64,000 bases of DNA from the human T2T-CHM13v2.0 reference genome, Homo sapiens. Below the pieces are notes generated by a model. That model searched no databases and was not told the DNA's origin. It worked only from the letters and a program-made list of their open reading frames with translations. Below are positions 1 through 13,230 of the stretch, piece by piece (positions within the stretch are counted from its first letter, which is position 1; every line of letters starts with the position of its first letter). The position numbers and the translations under genes were made by a program. The stretch is taken from assembly GCF_009914755.1 (NCBI RefSeq), contig NC_060926.1, one strand, 5' to 3'.

Positions 1-273
1 GGTTAAGGTAGTTTTCTCCTAGTTTGTGCAGTGTTTTTATTCTGAGAGGGTGTTGAATTTTGTAAAATACTTTTTTGCATCAATTGAGAAGATCATGTAT
101 TTTTTTCTTCATTCTGCTAATGTGGTGTATTGTATTGATTGATATTTATATGTTGAACCATGCCTGCAATCTAGGAATAAATCCCACTTAGTCATGGTAC
201 ATAGCACTTTTACTATGCTGCTGAACTCAATTCTTTGTTTGACTTTGGTATCAGGGTAAGGCTGGCCTCATGA

Positions 274-599
<326 letters not shown>

Positions 600-1334
600 C
601 AACCTTCCTTTTCAACTTTTAAGAGTTTCAGAAAGATTGGTGTTAAGTCTTCTTTAAATGTTTGGTAGAGTTCAGTGAAGTTCGAATATTGATTTTGGTT
701 CCTTGACTTTTGATTCCTTGATTACTGATTGAATCTTAGTAGTTAGGCCTATTCAGATGTTCTATTTTTTCCATAATTTAGTCATGGTAGGTTGCATATT
801 TTTAGAATTTGTTCATTTCATCTAGTTTAAACAATTTGTTTGCTTATAATTGTTCATAGTACCCCTTTATAATACTTTTTACTCTGCAGCATTGATAGTA
901 ATGTCCCTACTTCCATTTCTGATTTTAGTAATTGGAATCTTCTTTTTTTTCTTGGTCAACCTAGCTAAGATTTTGTCAATTTTGGTGATCTTTTCAAAGA
1001 AACTATAGTTGGTTTTGCTGATTTTCTTTATTATTCTTCTATTCTTTGTTTTCTTTATCTTTGCTCTAATCTTTATTATTTCCTTCCTCTGCTAGTTTTG
1101 GGTTTTGTTCACTCTTCATTTTCTCTTCCCCTAATGTGTAAAGTTGAGTTGTTGATTTCAGATCTTTCTTCATTTTAAAGTATTTAGAGCTATAAGTTTT
1201 CCCTTTAGCATGGCTTTTGCTGCATTCAATAAGTTCTGTTATGTTTGGGTTTTGTTTTCATTTATCTTAGATATTTTCTAATTTTCCTTGCTATTTCTTC
1301 TTGTACCCACTGGCCGTTTAAGAGCCTGTTGCTT

Positions 1335-1790
<456 letters not shown>

Positions 1791-2671
1791 TCAATAAACA
1801 CTTGAGGAAATGTATATTCTGCTGTTGTTGGGTGGAGTGTTCTGTATATATTTGATAGATCCAGTTGATTGATAGTGTTATTGCATCCTCCATTTTCTGA
1901 TTGATCTTTGGTTATTCTATCCATTACAGAAAGTGTAATATTGAAGACTCCAACTATTATCATAGAACCGTCTTTTTCTCCTTTCAATTCTGCCAGTGTT
2001 TGATTCATATATTTTGAAGCTCTGATGTTTGTGCCATATATGTTTGTAATGGTTATTTTGCGGTGTGTTGACCCTTTTCTCAATATATAACATGCTCTTT
2101 GTCTATTTAACAGTTTTTGACTTGAAGTTTAATTATCTGATATTAGTATAGCCACCCCAGCTATCTTTTGGTTACTGTATGCATAGAATATCTTTTTCCA
2201 TCCTTTCACTTTCAACCTACTTATGTCTTTAGAATTAAAGTGAATCTCTTATAGAGGTTATCTAGTCAGATCGTGTTTTTAAAATTCATTCTGCCAATAT
2301 ATTATTTTAATTTGAGAATTTAATCCATTTGTGTTTGGAGTAATTGCTGAGAATGAACTTCTTACTTGTGTCCTTTTATTATTTGTTTTTGGTGTTTTAT
2401 AGTTTTTTCATTCCCCCCCATTCCCTCCAATACTGCTTTCTTTTGTGTTTAGTTCATTTTTGTAGTTTCACATTTTCATTATCTTCTCATTTTCCCTTGT
2501 GTATATCCTATAGATACTATCTTTGTGGTTATGACAGTGATCACATATAACATTCTAAAATTATAACATAATTTGAATTGATACCAACTTAACTTCTGTT
2601 GCATATGAAACCTCTACTTCTATGAAGCTCTTCTGTCCATTATATAATTGATATCACAAATTGTAACTCTA

Positions 2672-3078
2672 TGATACAGTTTGGATTTTTGTCCCCTTCA
2701 AATCTCATGTTGAAATTTGATCCCAATGCTGGAGGTAGGGCCTAGTGGGAAGTGTTTGGGTCATGGGGATGGATCCCTCATGAGTGGCTTGGTGCCCTCC
2801 CCATGGTAATAAGTGAGTTCTTGCTCCATTAGTTCATACAAGAGCTGGTTATTTAAAAGAACCTGGCATCTCTCTTGCTCCCTCTCTTGCCATGTGAGGT
2901 GACTGCTCCCCCTCCACATTCTGCCATGAGCAAAAGCTTCCTGAAGCCTCACCAAAAGCTGAGCAGATGTTGTCTCATGCTTGTACAACCTTCAGAACTG
3001 TTAGCCAAATAAACTTCTTTTCTTTATAAATTATCCAGCCTAGACATTCCTTTATGGGAGCACAAACCAGCTAACATA
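2672..3078 (+). mobile_element. MSTB-like solo LTR (ERVL-MaLR)
   Basis: tgatacagtttgg start, aaatctcatgttgaaatttgatccc, aataaacttcttttctttataaattatccagcc; TSD ctcta/ctcca. Confidence 0.88.
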
Positions 3079-5148
3079 CTCCATATATTGTGTATTCACT
3101 AACAGAGACTACCTTTTTTTTTTTCCATTTGTCTTTTAAATTCTGTAGAATATGAAAAGTGATGTTAGAAACTAAAATTACAATAATATTGGTTTTTATA
3201 TTTGCCCATGTATTTACCTCAAGTAAAGATCTTTATATCTTCATGTGACTTTGAGTTACTGCCTAGCATCCTTTTATTTCAAAATGGACTTCCTTTAGCA
3301 TTTCTTATAGGACAGATTGAGTGGTAATGAACACATTCAGCTTTTGTGTATCTAGAAGTGTCTTAATTTCTTCATCATTTTTGAGGGACAATTTCTTTAG
3401 ATGTAGAATTTTTGATTAACAGTTTTTTTCTTTCAGCACTTTAAATACATCATCCCACTGCTTTCTGGCCAGCAAGGTTTCTGTCGACAAATTGACTGAT
3501 AATATTAGAGGATCCTTCGTATCTGACAAACCATTTCTCTCTTGCTGCTTTTAAGATTCTTTCTTTGTCTCTCTTTGTTTTCCAGCAGTTTTATTATAAT
3601 GTATCTCAGTATGGATTATTTTGAATTTACCCTACTTGTAGCTTGTTGAGCTTCTTGGACTTGTAGATGAATACATTTACAAATTTAGAAAGTTTTTGAC
3701 CATTGTGTCTTCAAATAATCTCTCTGCTTCTTTCGGTCTTATCCTTCTGAGACATCTATAATGTTCATATTGATCTGCTTGATGGTGTCTCACATATCCC
3801 TTCGGGTCTGTTCACTTTTCCCTATTCTTTTTCCTTTTAGCCCCTCAGATTAGATTATTTCAATTTTCCTGTCTACATGTTCACTGATTTTTCTGCCTGC
3901 TCAATCTGCTGAATTCCTGTAGTGGTTACTACAATTTAGTTATTGCTTTTTTTCAGCTCCAGAGTTTTTTCTTTTAATAACTTGTATCTCTTATTGATGT
4001 TTTTATTTCTCATATTCTTTTACTAATTTTATTTAGTTATTTGTCTGTGTTTTCCATTAGCTCTTTGAGCATATTTAAGACAGCTGTTTTAAAGTCCAAT
4101 GTTATGCTTGAAATGGAATTATTTCTGCCAATTTGAATTTATCTTACTTGCAGCTTGTTGAATTTCTTGGATTCATAGATTAATAGAGTTAATCAAATTT
4201 AGGAATTTTTGGCTATTTCTTCTTCAAATAATCTCTCTGCCCCTTTCTATCTTCTCTTTCTGAGAATTTTGTTCTTTACATATGCCATGTTTTATTTATT
4301 TATTTATTTATTGTACAGGCTTTGTGATTTTTTTTTAATGGAAATTGGGCATTTGAAAAAACAGCCACTCCTCGCAGTCTTTGCAGACAGAAGCAGTCAT
4401 TATGCTCTAAGCCTAGGGATCAGCCTAAGGTGAGACCTTGGAGTCTTCTCAGGTCTTTTTTGAGATTGTGTTTTGCCTGGGCTTATGTCTGGCTTTCTCA
4501 ATTCGCCTATAAACACGGCTGCTTTTGAATGTCTTAATTTCCCAAAGAGTCTTACCTTTCATTTTCCTTCAGGCCTTAGATGGTCTATTGTTTGTCTCCA
4601 CCCATAATCTCTTGCCTCAGGTATCTGTGGGTTAATAGTCATCCTGTGGCTTTCACAAGCAGTGGCTGCTGCTTTTTCCCACCTGAGATCTAAGTTAAGC
4701 AACACAGAGACTGGTCCTTCAGGCAGTCCCCAGAAAGGTTAGAGCTTGAAAAGTATGGTCTGCTCTGCTCTCTCTGGTTCAATTGGGCTATAGTCTCCTC
4801 ATGACCAAGACCATACCATACCAGAGAGGGGCTGGGGAAGAAGTGAATAAAAATGCCATGAAAATGTCCTACTAATTTGAATGTGGCTTTTTTTTTTTTA
4901 AATTAAATATTTGCTTGGTTGCTGTAGACTTTTCCTTTATTCCAGAGCTCCTATAAGACTAGTTCAGCTAGTTTCTGGTTGTTTTCTGAAGTTTTCATGG
5001 GAGAACAGAGACTGAGAACTTTTCTATCTACCATTTTGCTGCCATCACTACATTTTACCCCTTTTTAAATGAGAGCACCTAATGAAGTTATCCAATCCAT
5101 GTCACACTACTGTATGTGGTGTTTTAGGGCAAAAAACTAAAACTAAAA

Positions 5149-5184
5149 CTAAAACTTTTTAGTTTAGTGTAAACTAAAAAGTTT
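5149..5184. repeat. Perfect 15-bp inverted repeat following an (AAAACT)n microsatellite
   Basis: aaactttttagttta (5152-5166), gtg spacer, taaactaaaaagttt (5170-5184). Confidence 0.9.
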
Positions 5185-5269
5185 GCATATTAAAAATGTT
5201 GCATCAAGGAGTCTCATATACTTTCAAACTTGATGCAGATGATGAGATTTGAATTTTGAGCTGTTGCCA

Positions 5270-5874
5270 CAATGAAATGAGACTTGAGGAGTGCATGTAT
5301 TTTGCAAGTGGGAGAGATATGAAATGTTGCTGTCAGGGGATATACTATGGTAGACTATTTTCAAAGATGACCAACAAGAAATTCTCTCTCTTGTACATAC
5401 ATACCCCTTCTTCCATTGAGAGACAGAGTGTATTCCCCCTTCCATTGATCTAAGATGGCCTTATAACTTGCTTGGACAAATAGAGTGCTGTTCAAATGAT
5501 GCTCTTGGACTACTAAGCAAAGGTCTTAGAAGGTCTTATAACTTCCATTTTTAGCCTCTAATTCAGCCATCATGTAAACAATCTTAGGTTAAGTCACTGA
5601 ATTGTGATAGACTGCCTGGAGAGAAACACTGTATACAGGAGCACCAAGACACCCCAGCTGAGCCTCAGCTAAATGCAGTCACATGCATGACACTCACTAC
5701 CTTGGGTGAGCAAAGAGCCACCCAGCTGAGCCCCACTAACATGAGATATTAGCCTTCCCCTGAGCCCTGACCAAATTGTGGAATCATAAGCAAACAAAAT
5801 TATTGTTGCTGTTGTTGTTTTAAGCCATTATGATGTTTTTTGTGGGGGAGGGGGAGGAAGTGGTTACATAGCAT
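5270..5874 (+). mobile_element. MLT1 (G/H-like) LTR preceded by the 3' end of the MLT1 internal region
   Basis: gtattttgcaagtgggagagatatgaa resembles the MaLR-int end; LTR motifs cccagctgagccc, ccaaattgtggaatcataagcaaac, gttgttttaagcca. Confidence 0.7.
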
Positions 5875-6104
5875 AGCCACACTACTTATCTAAGACAACT
5901 ATTTAATTGATTTTAATGAGTAATTTAGGTTACAAGCCATTTTATTCTGTGTAACTGACTTACAAATTACCCCTGTTTAAAATGAGACTCCTTAGATACC
6001 ATGTCCTTCTTTCATTAACTTCTACATGCTAGGGAGGAAATAGCATACATTTGGGTATACTCAATTCTGGGTATTAAATTATCTGTTTTTTATAAGCTAG
6101 AGGC

Positions 6105-6278
6105 CCGGGTAAGTGACTTCACCTTTCTGAGCCAAGGTTTGCTGTTCTGTGAAATGAAGATAATGATTGTGACATAGATTTTTGGGAAGATGAAGGATAC
6201 TATGGTGTGATATTTGGTCCATATGGAAAACATGAAGCACAATTCCTAGCACACTGTAGGCATGTAAATGGTGGTAAT
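6105..6278 (+). mobile_element. MIR
   Basis: Core ggtaagtgacttcacctttctgagcc...ctgtgaaatgaagataat and 3' cctagcacactgtagg. Confidence 0.7.
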
Positions 6279-6982
6279 TAGAGGAATCCCCTCCTAAAAG
6301 AGGTGTTCTTAGATATTGATATTTTCTCAGAGCTCAAAGAAAGGAGGCTAAAAAGGCAATCTTGTAGGTGTTTAGTTAATTAATTAAATGATAACATGAG
6401 TTTAAACTTGTAAAGGAATTGGAGCAGTGCTTGTCTACATAATAATAATTAACTGAGTATAATTATTGTTGTTATTATTGTTGCTGCTGTTATTATTTGG
6501 TCAAATGACTTCACCTAACATCCCTCTGGTCACGCCTAGGAGACTTATCCGGCCTTGTTTTAGGTCCTGGTGCCTTCATGCTGGTGAACCACCTTTGGGA
6601 CCCATCTCTCTCCCACAGAGAAAGCAGTAACATCACAAGTCTGTATTCTACACCAAATAGATGTATTTATTTCATTCTGACACCGTCAATGAGCCATGAC
6701 TCCCCACTATCTCAGAAAATTTTGCTCTTTGGAGCAATAGAATGGCTTTATTATTATTGTCTGAACAACATAGACTTGAAGAAATACTTGATTGTTAGAA
6801 CCAAAATGCTCCTAGAGATGTTCCATGTTTCCTACCTTTCTTCCTTTTTTTTTTTCTCTTTTCACTTACCTGATAACTTGCCATGTTCCAAGGAGTATCT
6901 AAAAAACAACATATTTTCCAGTTTGCTTTATATTAGTTTAGTTGTTTCTTAGGACATTTTTCAAGTGGTCAGTTCGTGGTGA

Positions 6983-7282
<300 letters not shown>

Positions 7283-7480
7283 AATGTGATTTTCACATAG
7301 AGGGTTTCATCTACAGTCTTCGGAACTACTTTGACTTCATTTATTTGCTGTAAGGTCAGAGTTCCACGTATCTTAAATCCCCCACCAAATAGCCCTTTGC
7401 TAAGTAACTTGGACGCTGTGAGCTCAGTGGTGGCTTTAGATCCTTTGTATTTTTCAACCAAACTTCCAAGCTTACTTACA

Positions 7481-8013
7481 GTGCTAATTATCTAAGCTGC
7501 AAAATAAATCACCCTAATACTTTGTAACTTGAAACAACAATAATCATGTATTATCTGTCACAGTTTCTGTGGGCTAGAAATTTGGAACAGCATGGCTGGG
7601 CTGTTCTGACTTGGGATCTTTCATGAGGTTACAGTGAGATGTCAGCTGGGGCTGCAGTCATCTGAAGCTTTGACCAGGCTGGAGAATCCATTTCCAAGAT
7701 GGCACACTCAGATGACTGACCATTTAGTGTTAATTGTTGGTAGAAGGTCTCAGTTGCCCTCCATGTGAGTCTTTCCACAAAGTTTATTGAGTCTCTTGAC
7801 AGCGTGGTAATTGGCTTCTCTCAGAGCAAAAGATCTAAGGGAGCAAGGAAGAAACTGCAATGCCTGTTGTGATCTAGCCTGGGGAATCAAACTTCCTCCA
7901 TCACTTCCCCTATATTCTGTTGGGCACTTGGCAGGCCTTCAAGGTGACTTCACAATGGAGAACATACTAGAAGATGAGGACTACTGGAGGTCATCTGGAA
8001 AGCTGACTGACAC
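7481..8013 (-). mobile_element. MLT1F-like LTR
   Basis: cagctggggctgcagtcatctgaag...tccaagatggc and aaacaacaataatc...cacagtttctgtggg match antisense MLT1F. Confidence 0.78.
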
Positions 8014-8789
8014 ATCATCATACTTCACCAAATTTCCTAGAGTAGGTTCAAATCTAAAATTCTGACCCGCTCAGGTATTAACTACGTATCTCAGGAAAAT
8101 GGTTCTCTTATACTTTGTTAAAGTACTTTTCTCCTTGAATTTCTTCAGAGCTGTTATTCTTGGTCAATGTTTCTAGAATTGACTATCTTATCTATACAAC
8201 CCTTAACAACCTCTCTTATTTTAGAAAAAAAGGAAAGTAGAGAGAAAGAGAAAAAGAGGGTGGAAAGTAAGAAAAAGGGGAGGGAAAATCCTATTCAAGG
8301 TGTTTAACCTTGTTGTTAAAGTGTTCTGGAGTGCCAGTTGTCACACTGAAGGCAGTGTTTTCCAAGATTTCATTTTAAAGAATCAGGCCCATTAATAGTT
8401 TCCAAAATTACATTTCTTCTCCTACTAGTTGTATCAACTTGTTCTCTGAGTTTTTTTAAAAAATACAGGCTTTCACATGGCCTCCGTGACATGAAAAGTG
8501 GTATTTTTATAGACATGATCTTTTTGGTTCAGGTCTTCTCTGTGTATAAGAGACTATTTAGCATCTGCCATCAAATATACAGAATATGTGCCAATTAGAA
8601 TTTTTGCCCGTGTCTGTCATGTAGATCTAGTGCTTTGGAAAAAATAAATATTTTTGCGTTTTAAAGCTCAGGTCTGCATTCATGCTGCTCCCCACAGTTT
8701 GGTTTTCCTTTTGCTAACCTGGCCAGTTTTTTTCTCTAAGCCATGTAGGCCTCCTCGTAAAGCACAAGGGTACTTACGCAGGATACTCT

Positions 8790-9090
8790 AAGAGGCAAGA
8801 CTCAGGCTCTGGCATCTGAACCTGTGTGAATCATGGCTCTGCCAATTATTAACTGAAAGACCATTGGGTAAATTATTGGAAGTTTCTAAGCTTCAGTTTT
8901 CTTATCTGTAAATCGAAGATATAAATCGACAACTTTATAGGGGTGTCAGATAGACACTGGCCCTGACTGCCATCGTCGGAAACTGGTTTTGAAATTGAAT
9001 CTAAAACAGCACTAGTCATTGTGTCATTGTGTGAAGTTAAATGGCGCAAGTGAAAGTGCTTTGAAAAGCTAAGACTCCTGTGACAGTGTT
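8790..9090 (+). mobile_element. MIR (interrupted)
   Basis: ggctctgccaattattaactg...gggtaaattatt...ttcagttttcttatctgtaaa; aaagtgctttgaaaagct. Confidence 0.6.
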
Positions 9091-9464
9091 CTAAACACAC
9101 CATATGTGTGTAGAAGAATTCAGGTAACTGCTACTCCCAGGAATAGCCACTTCGTCACACTAGTAGATTCGTTCAGTTCAAAATAGTGGAGTTAAATGTC
9201 AGCTTAAACATAATTCAGACATTTTAAAACTTTAAACTCAGTATTGAATGGAAATCAAGCTTTACTTTTTGGAGGAAATAGGTCTCTGTTTTTGGTGTCT
9301 TGACAGACACAGGGTTCTCTATGGTAGTGGGTCTTCTTTCGATGGAACACTTGTGTTAATCAAAAAAATGGCAGGGTGCATGAATCTCAACAAAATATTT
9401 TTATTTATAAAATATACCCATTTTCTATAATAATATGTACATTAAGAATATACACTAAGAATAA

Positions 9465-10047
9465 GAATTCCCACATTAAGTATATTGTTTTTGTAAAACA
9501 ATGTCTGTCCAGCTTATTGTCCAGTTAATAAAGTTAAAGGTCCTTTAAAAGTTGTCATTGTAAATAAAACAACTTGCAAAAAAGTGTTCTGGAATAGAAT
9601 TAACAAAATATGATCTCTATTCATGAGTTGGAAACTGGAAAAAGGATTCTTGAAGTAAATGTTCTGAGTGGAGTTACTAGGATGTCTTCCAGCCTCCTGC
9701 AGTCAAGGAGTACCACTGTATTGATTAGTCCGCATGTAGCAGGGCTCCCTTCATCACATCTGGGGACTTGTTTTCTTTTTCTTTAATTTCATTTTTAATC
9801 CTCTTAGCTTTAAATATACTGCCTAGAGACTCAGTTACTACCCAGTTTGTGGGTTTTTTGGGATAAATGTAACTGGACAGTTTGTTAGCTTTTCAATTAA
9901 AAAAGACACTTAGCCCATGTGGGATGTCATTTTTTATAATCAGTGTTCCCATGTGGGGAAAATTATTCACACTACTTGCAAGTAAAAAATAATTTAACTT
10001 TTAACATTAAAATATGTGGTAAAACCCAGAAAACATCCAAAACAAAA
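9465..10047 (+). pseudogene. 5'-truncated processed retrocopy consisting only of an mRNA 3'UTR, resembling SKP1
   Basis: 9488-10038 matches my recollection of the SKP1 3'UTR (ttgtaaataaaacaacttgcaaaaaag...ggagttactaggatgtcttccagcctcctgcagtcaaggagtaccactg...ttactacccagtttgtgg); ATTAAA at 10006-10011, A-rich tail 10039-10047, near-identical flanks aagaatatacactaagaataa (9444-9464) / aagaatatacataaagaataa (10046-10066). Parent gene is recalled, not searched. Confidence 0.7.
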
Positions 10048-10069
10048 GAATATACATAAAGAATAAAAT

Positions 10070-10184
10070 TAAAATTGTAATGTAATGAATAAATAAAAGT
10101 AGTGGTTGCTAGTTTTTCTTTGTGTATTTCAATGGATTACCTTGTCCACACTGTGAGATTTACCTGTCTCACTTTGGAGACCAC
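10070..10184 (-). mobile_element. hAT-Charlie-type MER end, split by LTR7 (terminal bases resume at 10636-10642)
   Basis: Removing the LTR restores cactttggagaccactg, the reverse complement of CAGTGGTCTCCAAAGTG, a Charlie-family terminus. Confidence 0.55.
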
Positions 10185-10635
10185 TTTCTTGCATGTCCGT
10201 GTGAAGAGACTACTAAACAGGCTTTGTGTGAACAATAAAGCTTTTTAATCACCTGGGTGCAGGTGGGCTGAGTCCAAAAAGAGAGTCAGTGAAGGGAGAT
10301 AGGGGTGGGGCCGTTTTATAAGATTTGGGTAGGTAAAGGAAAATTACAGTCAAAGGGGGATTGTTCTCTGGCGGGCAGGAGTGGGGGTCACAAGGTGCTC
10401 AGTAGGGGAGCTTTTGAGCCAGGATGAGCCAGGAAAAGGACTTTCACAAGACAGTGTCATCAGTTAAGGCAACGACTGGCCATTTTCACTTCTTTTGTGG
10501 TGGAATGTCATCAGTTAAGGCGGGGCAGGGCGTTTTCACTTCTTTTGTGATTCTTCGGTTACTTCAGGCCACCTAGGTGTATACGTGCAAGTCACCAGGG
10601 ATGCGATGGCTTAGCTTGGGCTCAGAGGCCTGACA
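10185..10635 (-). mobile_element. Solo LTR7 (HERV-H LTR), full length 451 bp
   Basis: Reverse complement starts TGTCAGGCCTCTGAGCCCAAGCTAAGCCATCGCATCCC and ends CACACGGACATGCAAGAAA; perfect TSD accac (10180-10184, 10636-10640). Confidence 0.96.
10244..10548 (-). promoter_or_regulatory. LTR7 promoter elements, leftward-facing
   Basis: Minus-strand TATAAAA 10314-10320, GT box 10302-10310, GC box 10519-10526, two ACAAAAGA SOX-type motifs (10491-10498, 10541-10548) in a ~50-bp tandem duplication, ATTAAA 10244-10249. Confidence 0.7.
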
Positions 10636-10659
10636 ACCACTGCTCACTCTCAGTTGTAC

Positions 10660-11530
10660 ATGAAAAATAGTCAATTAAAACAACAATGAGATACCACTGT
10701 AGAGCTATTAGAATGGTGAAAATCTAAAATACCAGCACCACCAAATGCTGGTGACAAGGTAGAGCAAGGAGCTCTCATTCATTGCTGATGGGAATGCAAA
10801 ATAGATACAGCCACTTTGGAAGATAGATCTGGCAGTTTCTCACAAAGCTAAACATACTCTTACCATTTAGTCTAGCAATCATATTTCTTAGTATTTAGAC
10901 AAACAAAGTGAAAACTTACATTCACACAAAAAATCAGAACATGATTATTTATAGTAGCTTTATTCATAACTGGCAAAGCTTGGAAGCAGCCAAGGTGCCC
11001 TTCAATCGGTGAATGGATAAACAAACTGTGGTACATCCCTATAATGGAATATTATTCAGCAATAAAAAGACATGAACCACAGAAAAAAAATGGAGGAAAC
11101 TTAAATGTATAAAAAGGCTGTATACTGTATGATTCTAACTATATGACATTCTGGAAAAGGCAGTAAAAAAGATCAGTGGTTGTCAGGGTTTTGGATAGTA
11201 AAGGCAGGTGGATGGAATGATAAAAAGGTTTAGCACAGCGCATTTTCTAAGCAGTGAAACCCTTCTGTATGATATAATGACGGATACATATACATTTGTC
11301 AAAACCCAGGGAAGTACATAATGCAAAGAGTGAACTCTAATGTAAACTATGAATTTTAATTAATAATAATGTATCAATATTGGCTCATCAATTAGAAAAC
11401 AATGTATCACACTAATGCAAGATGTTAATAATAGGGAAATTGCGGAGGAAGAGGGAGAATATGAAAACTCTACTTTCTGTGTAATTTTTCTGTAAACTTA
11501 AAACTGATCTGACAAATAAAACTTATTTAA
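10660..11530 (+). mobile_element. L1MC1/2-like 3' end
   Basis: ORF2 C-terminal relic (acaatgagataccac, caaatgctggtga) and 3'UTR ttgtcaaaaccc...aatgtaaactatg...atgcaagatgttaataataggg...aaataaa. Confidence 0.85.
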
Positions 11531-11729
11531 AAGATAGACTAAAAAAAGTATAAATGGTTGTTCTGACTAGATTTTGACTTGGCTGTCTGTGTGAGAATTA
11601 TTAGACACCTTGTTGAAATTCTAGTGGCCAATGTTTGGGACATGATTAGCAAAGGAAAGTGTTTTAAAACATTTTAGTCCAGGTAAAAGATTGCATTCCC
11701 TTTCTGGAAAGATGACTTTTAGGTGGGCT

Positions 11730-11935
11730 AAATTTGAATCTGGGCCCTAATCCTTATAGCCACATGAGCATGAGTAGCTCACGTAACTGTTGTGAGTCTC
11801 AGTTTTGTCTTCTGTAAAATGGACATAATTTCTACAATATCAAACCTCAAAAAGTTGGTGTGAGGATTATTAGAGCAAATATATGTAAAAAGATTGGTGA
11901 TCAGTAGGCATGAATGAACAATCACTTTTATTGTT
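11730..11935 (+). mobile_element. MIR
   Basis: tttgaatctggg...gagtctcagttttgtcttctgtaaaatggacataat...gtgaggatta. Confidence 0.7.
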
Positions 11936-12730
11936 AGGCAAAACCAAGTAACTCTGCCTGAGAAGCCATCACTACATATTATACCTTGGCTTATGCATCC
12001 ATTGAAATGAAGAATCATGATGTCTGTTAAAAATTCTCTCAATGACACTCAATTTTACTGAAGCATAGGAAATAACTGGGAACAGTAATAGTTATAAGAA
12101 ATGAAATAAAATGAGGCTAATGTAAATAAAAAGGAGTTACCTACTGGCTTTTCCCAATTAATTAGCATATGCACATTCAATTATTCATACTTTAGGGAAC
12201 TCATTTAGGCAATCAGGTATCCCATAAATATTCATCTTGTTTACCTACAGTGTGTCTGTCATTAGGATTGGAAATTGGCAGTGTTTTCTCAATATATTTC
12301 ACAACTGGTTGCTTTGAGAAAAAATTACCTGAGACTAAATTCATATGTCATTAATGGTGCGAACAATCTGCCACATGAACGCTGAATTAACAGTGGGATG
12401 CTTCGTGCTTGTTTGTCCTCTCTTGGGTAGGGGCTCCATCACCTACTCAAAAGGCATGGATTTTCTCAGGGGGCCAGCGGATGGAACTGCAGAGGTGCGA
12501 TTCTGACCTTTGGCCACTAGCATGTGCTCTTGAATAGCTTTTCATGGCAGTCAGGCCCTGGGCCCACAGGAACTGAGAGGCTACCTCTGGTTCTAATTTG
12601 TTGAAGAGGCAGAAAGAATGTGATTTATAAGTGTGAAAGCATTGTGCCACTAACTCAGACATGACCCCACATAAGTGGCTCTTCAAGATGCCAGGAATGG
12701 CCCAGGCATTTGCAGAATGGCATATATAAT

Positions 12731-12904
12731 CAGGAGGGGCTACGGAATATGCAGGGCCAGTGCAAAATCAAAATGTGGAAATGTAGAGCCCCTCTCAGCA
12801 CCCGCTGTTCAAAAATTAAGTATTTCAAGACAGTAACAGCGGGGCCTTTCTGTCTGAATGTGGGGCTCTGTGCTACTGCACATGTTAGGTTGAAGCTGGC
12901 CCTG
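12731..12904 (-). mobile_element. MER45A (hAT-Tip100 MITE)
   Basis: ggccagtgcaaaatcaaaatg...gttcaaaaattaagtatttcaaga...tgaagctggccctg, antisense MER45A with both ends. Confidence 0.8.
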
Positions 12905-13019
12905 AATGCAATACACTGTTACCTTCTCCCTAACTGCCCAGCCTCAAACAGATGACAAAACAAGGATGAATGACCTCTCCTGGCTATTAGGGAACCAAAT
13001 TTTGCGTTATAGGTGCTAT

Positions 13020-13230
13020 TTCTTGAGCACTTATTAGAGCCAGTGCTAGGCTATGATATTGTCTCTAACCCCTATGTTTCCCTTATGCCTCCAAAATAGA
13101 CGTTAGTGTCTCCATCATACAGGCAAAGAAATGGAGTTATAGAGAGAGCAAATGACTTACACAGAAGTAGTAAGTGACTGAATCAGGGTGTCCAGGTTTG
13201 TCTAACTCCAAAGCCCATGTTCTTTCCATG
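13020..13230 (-). mobile_element. MIR
   Basis: ttgagcacttatta...gccagtgctagg...aaatgactt...gtttgtctaactccaaagccc. Confidence 0.7.
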
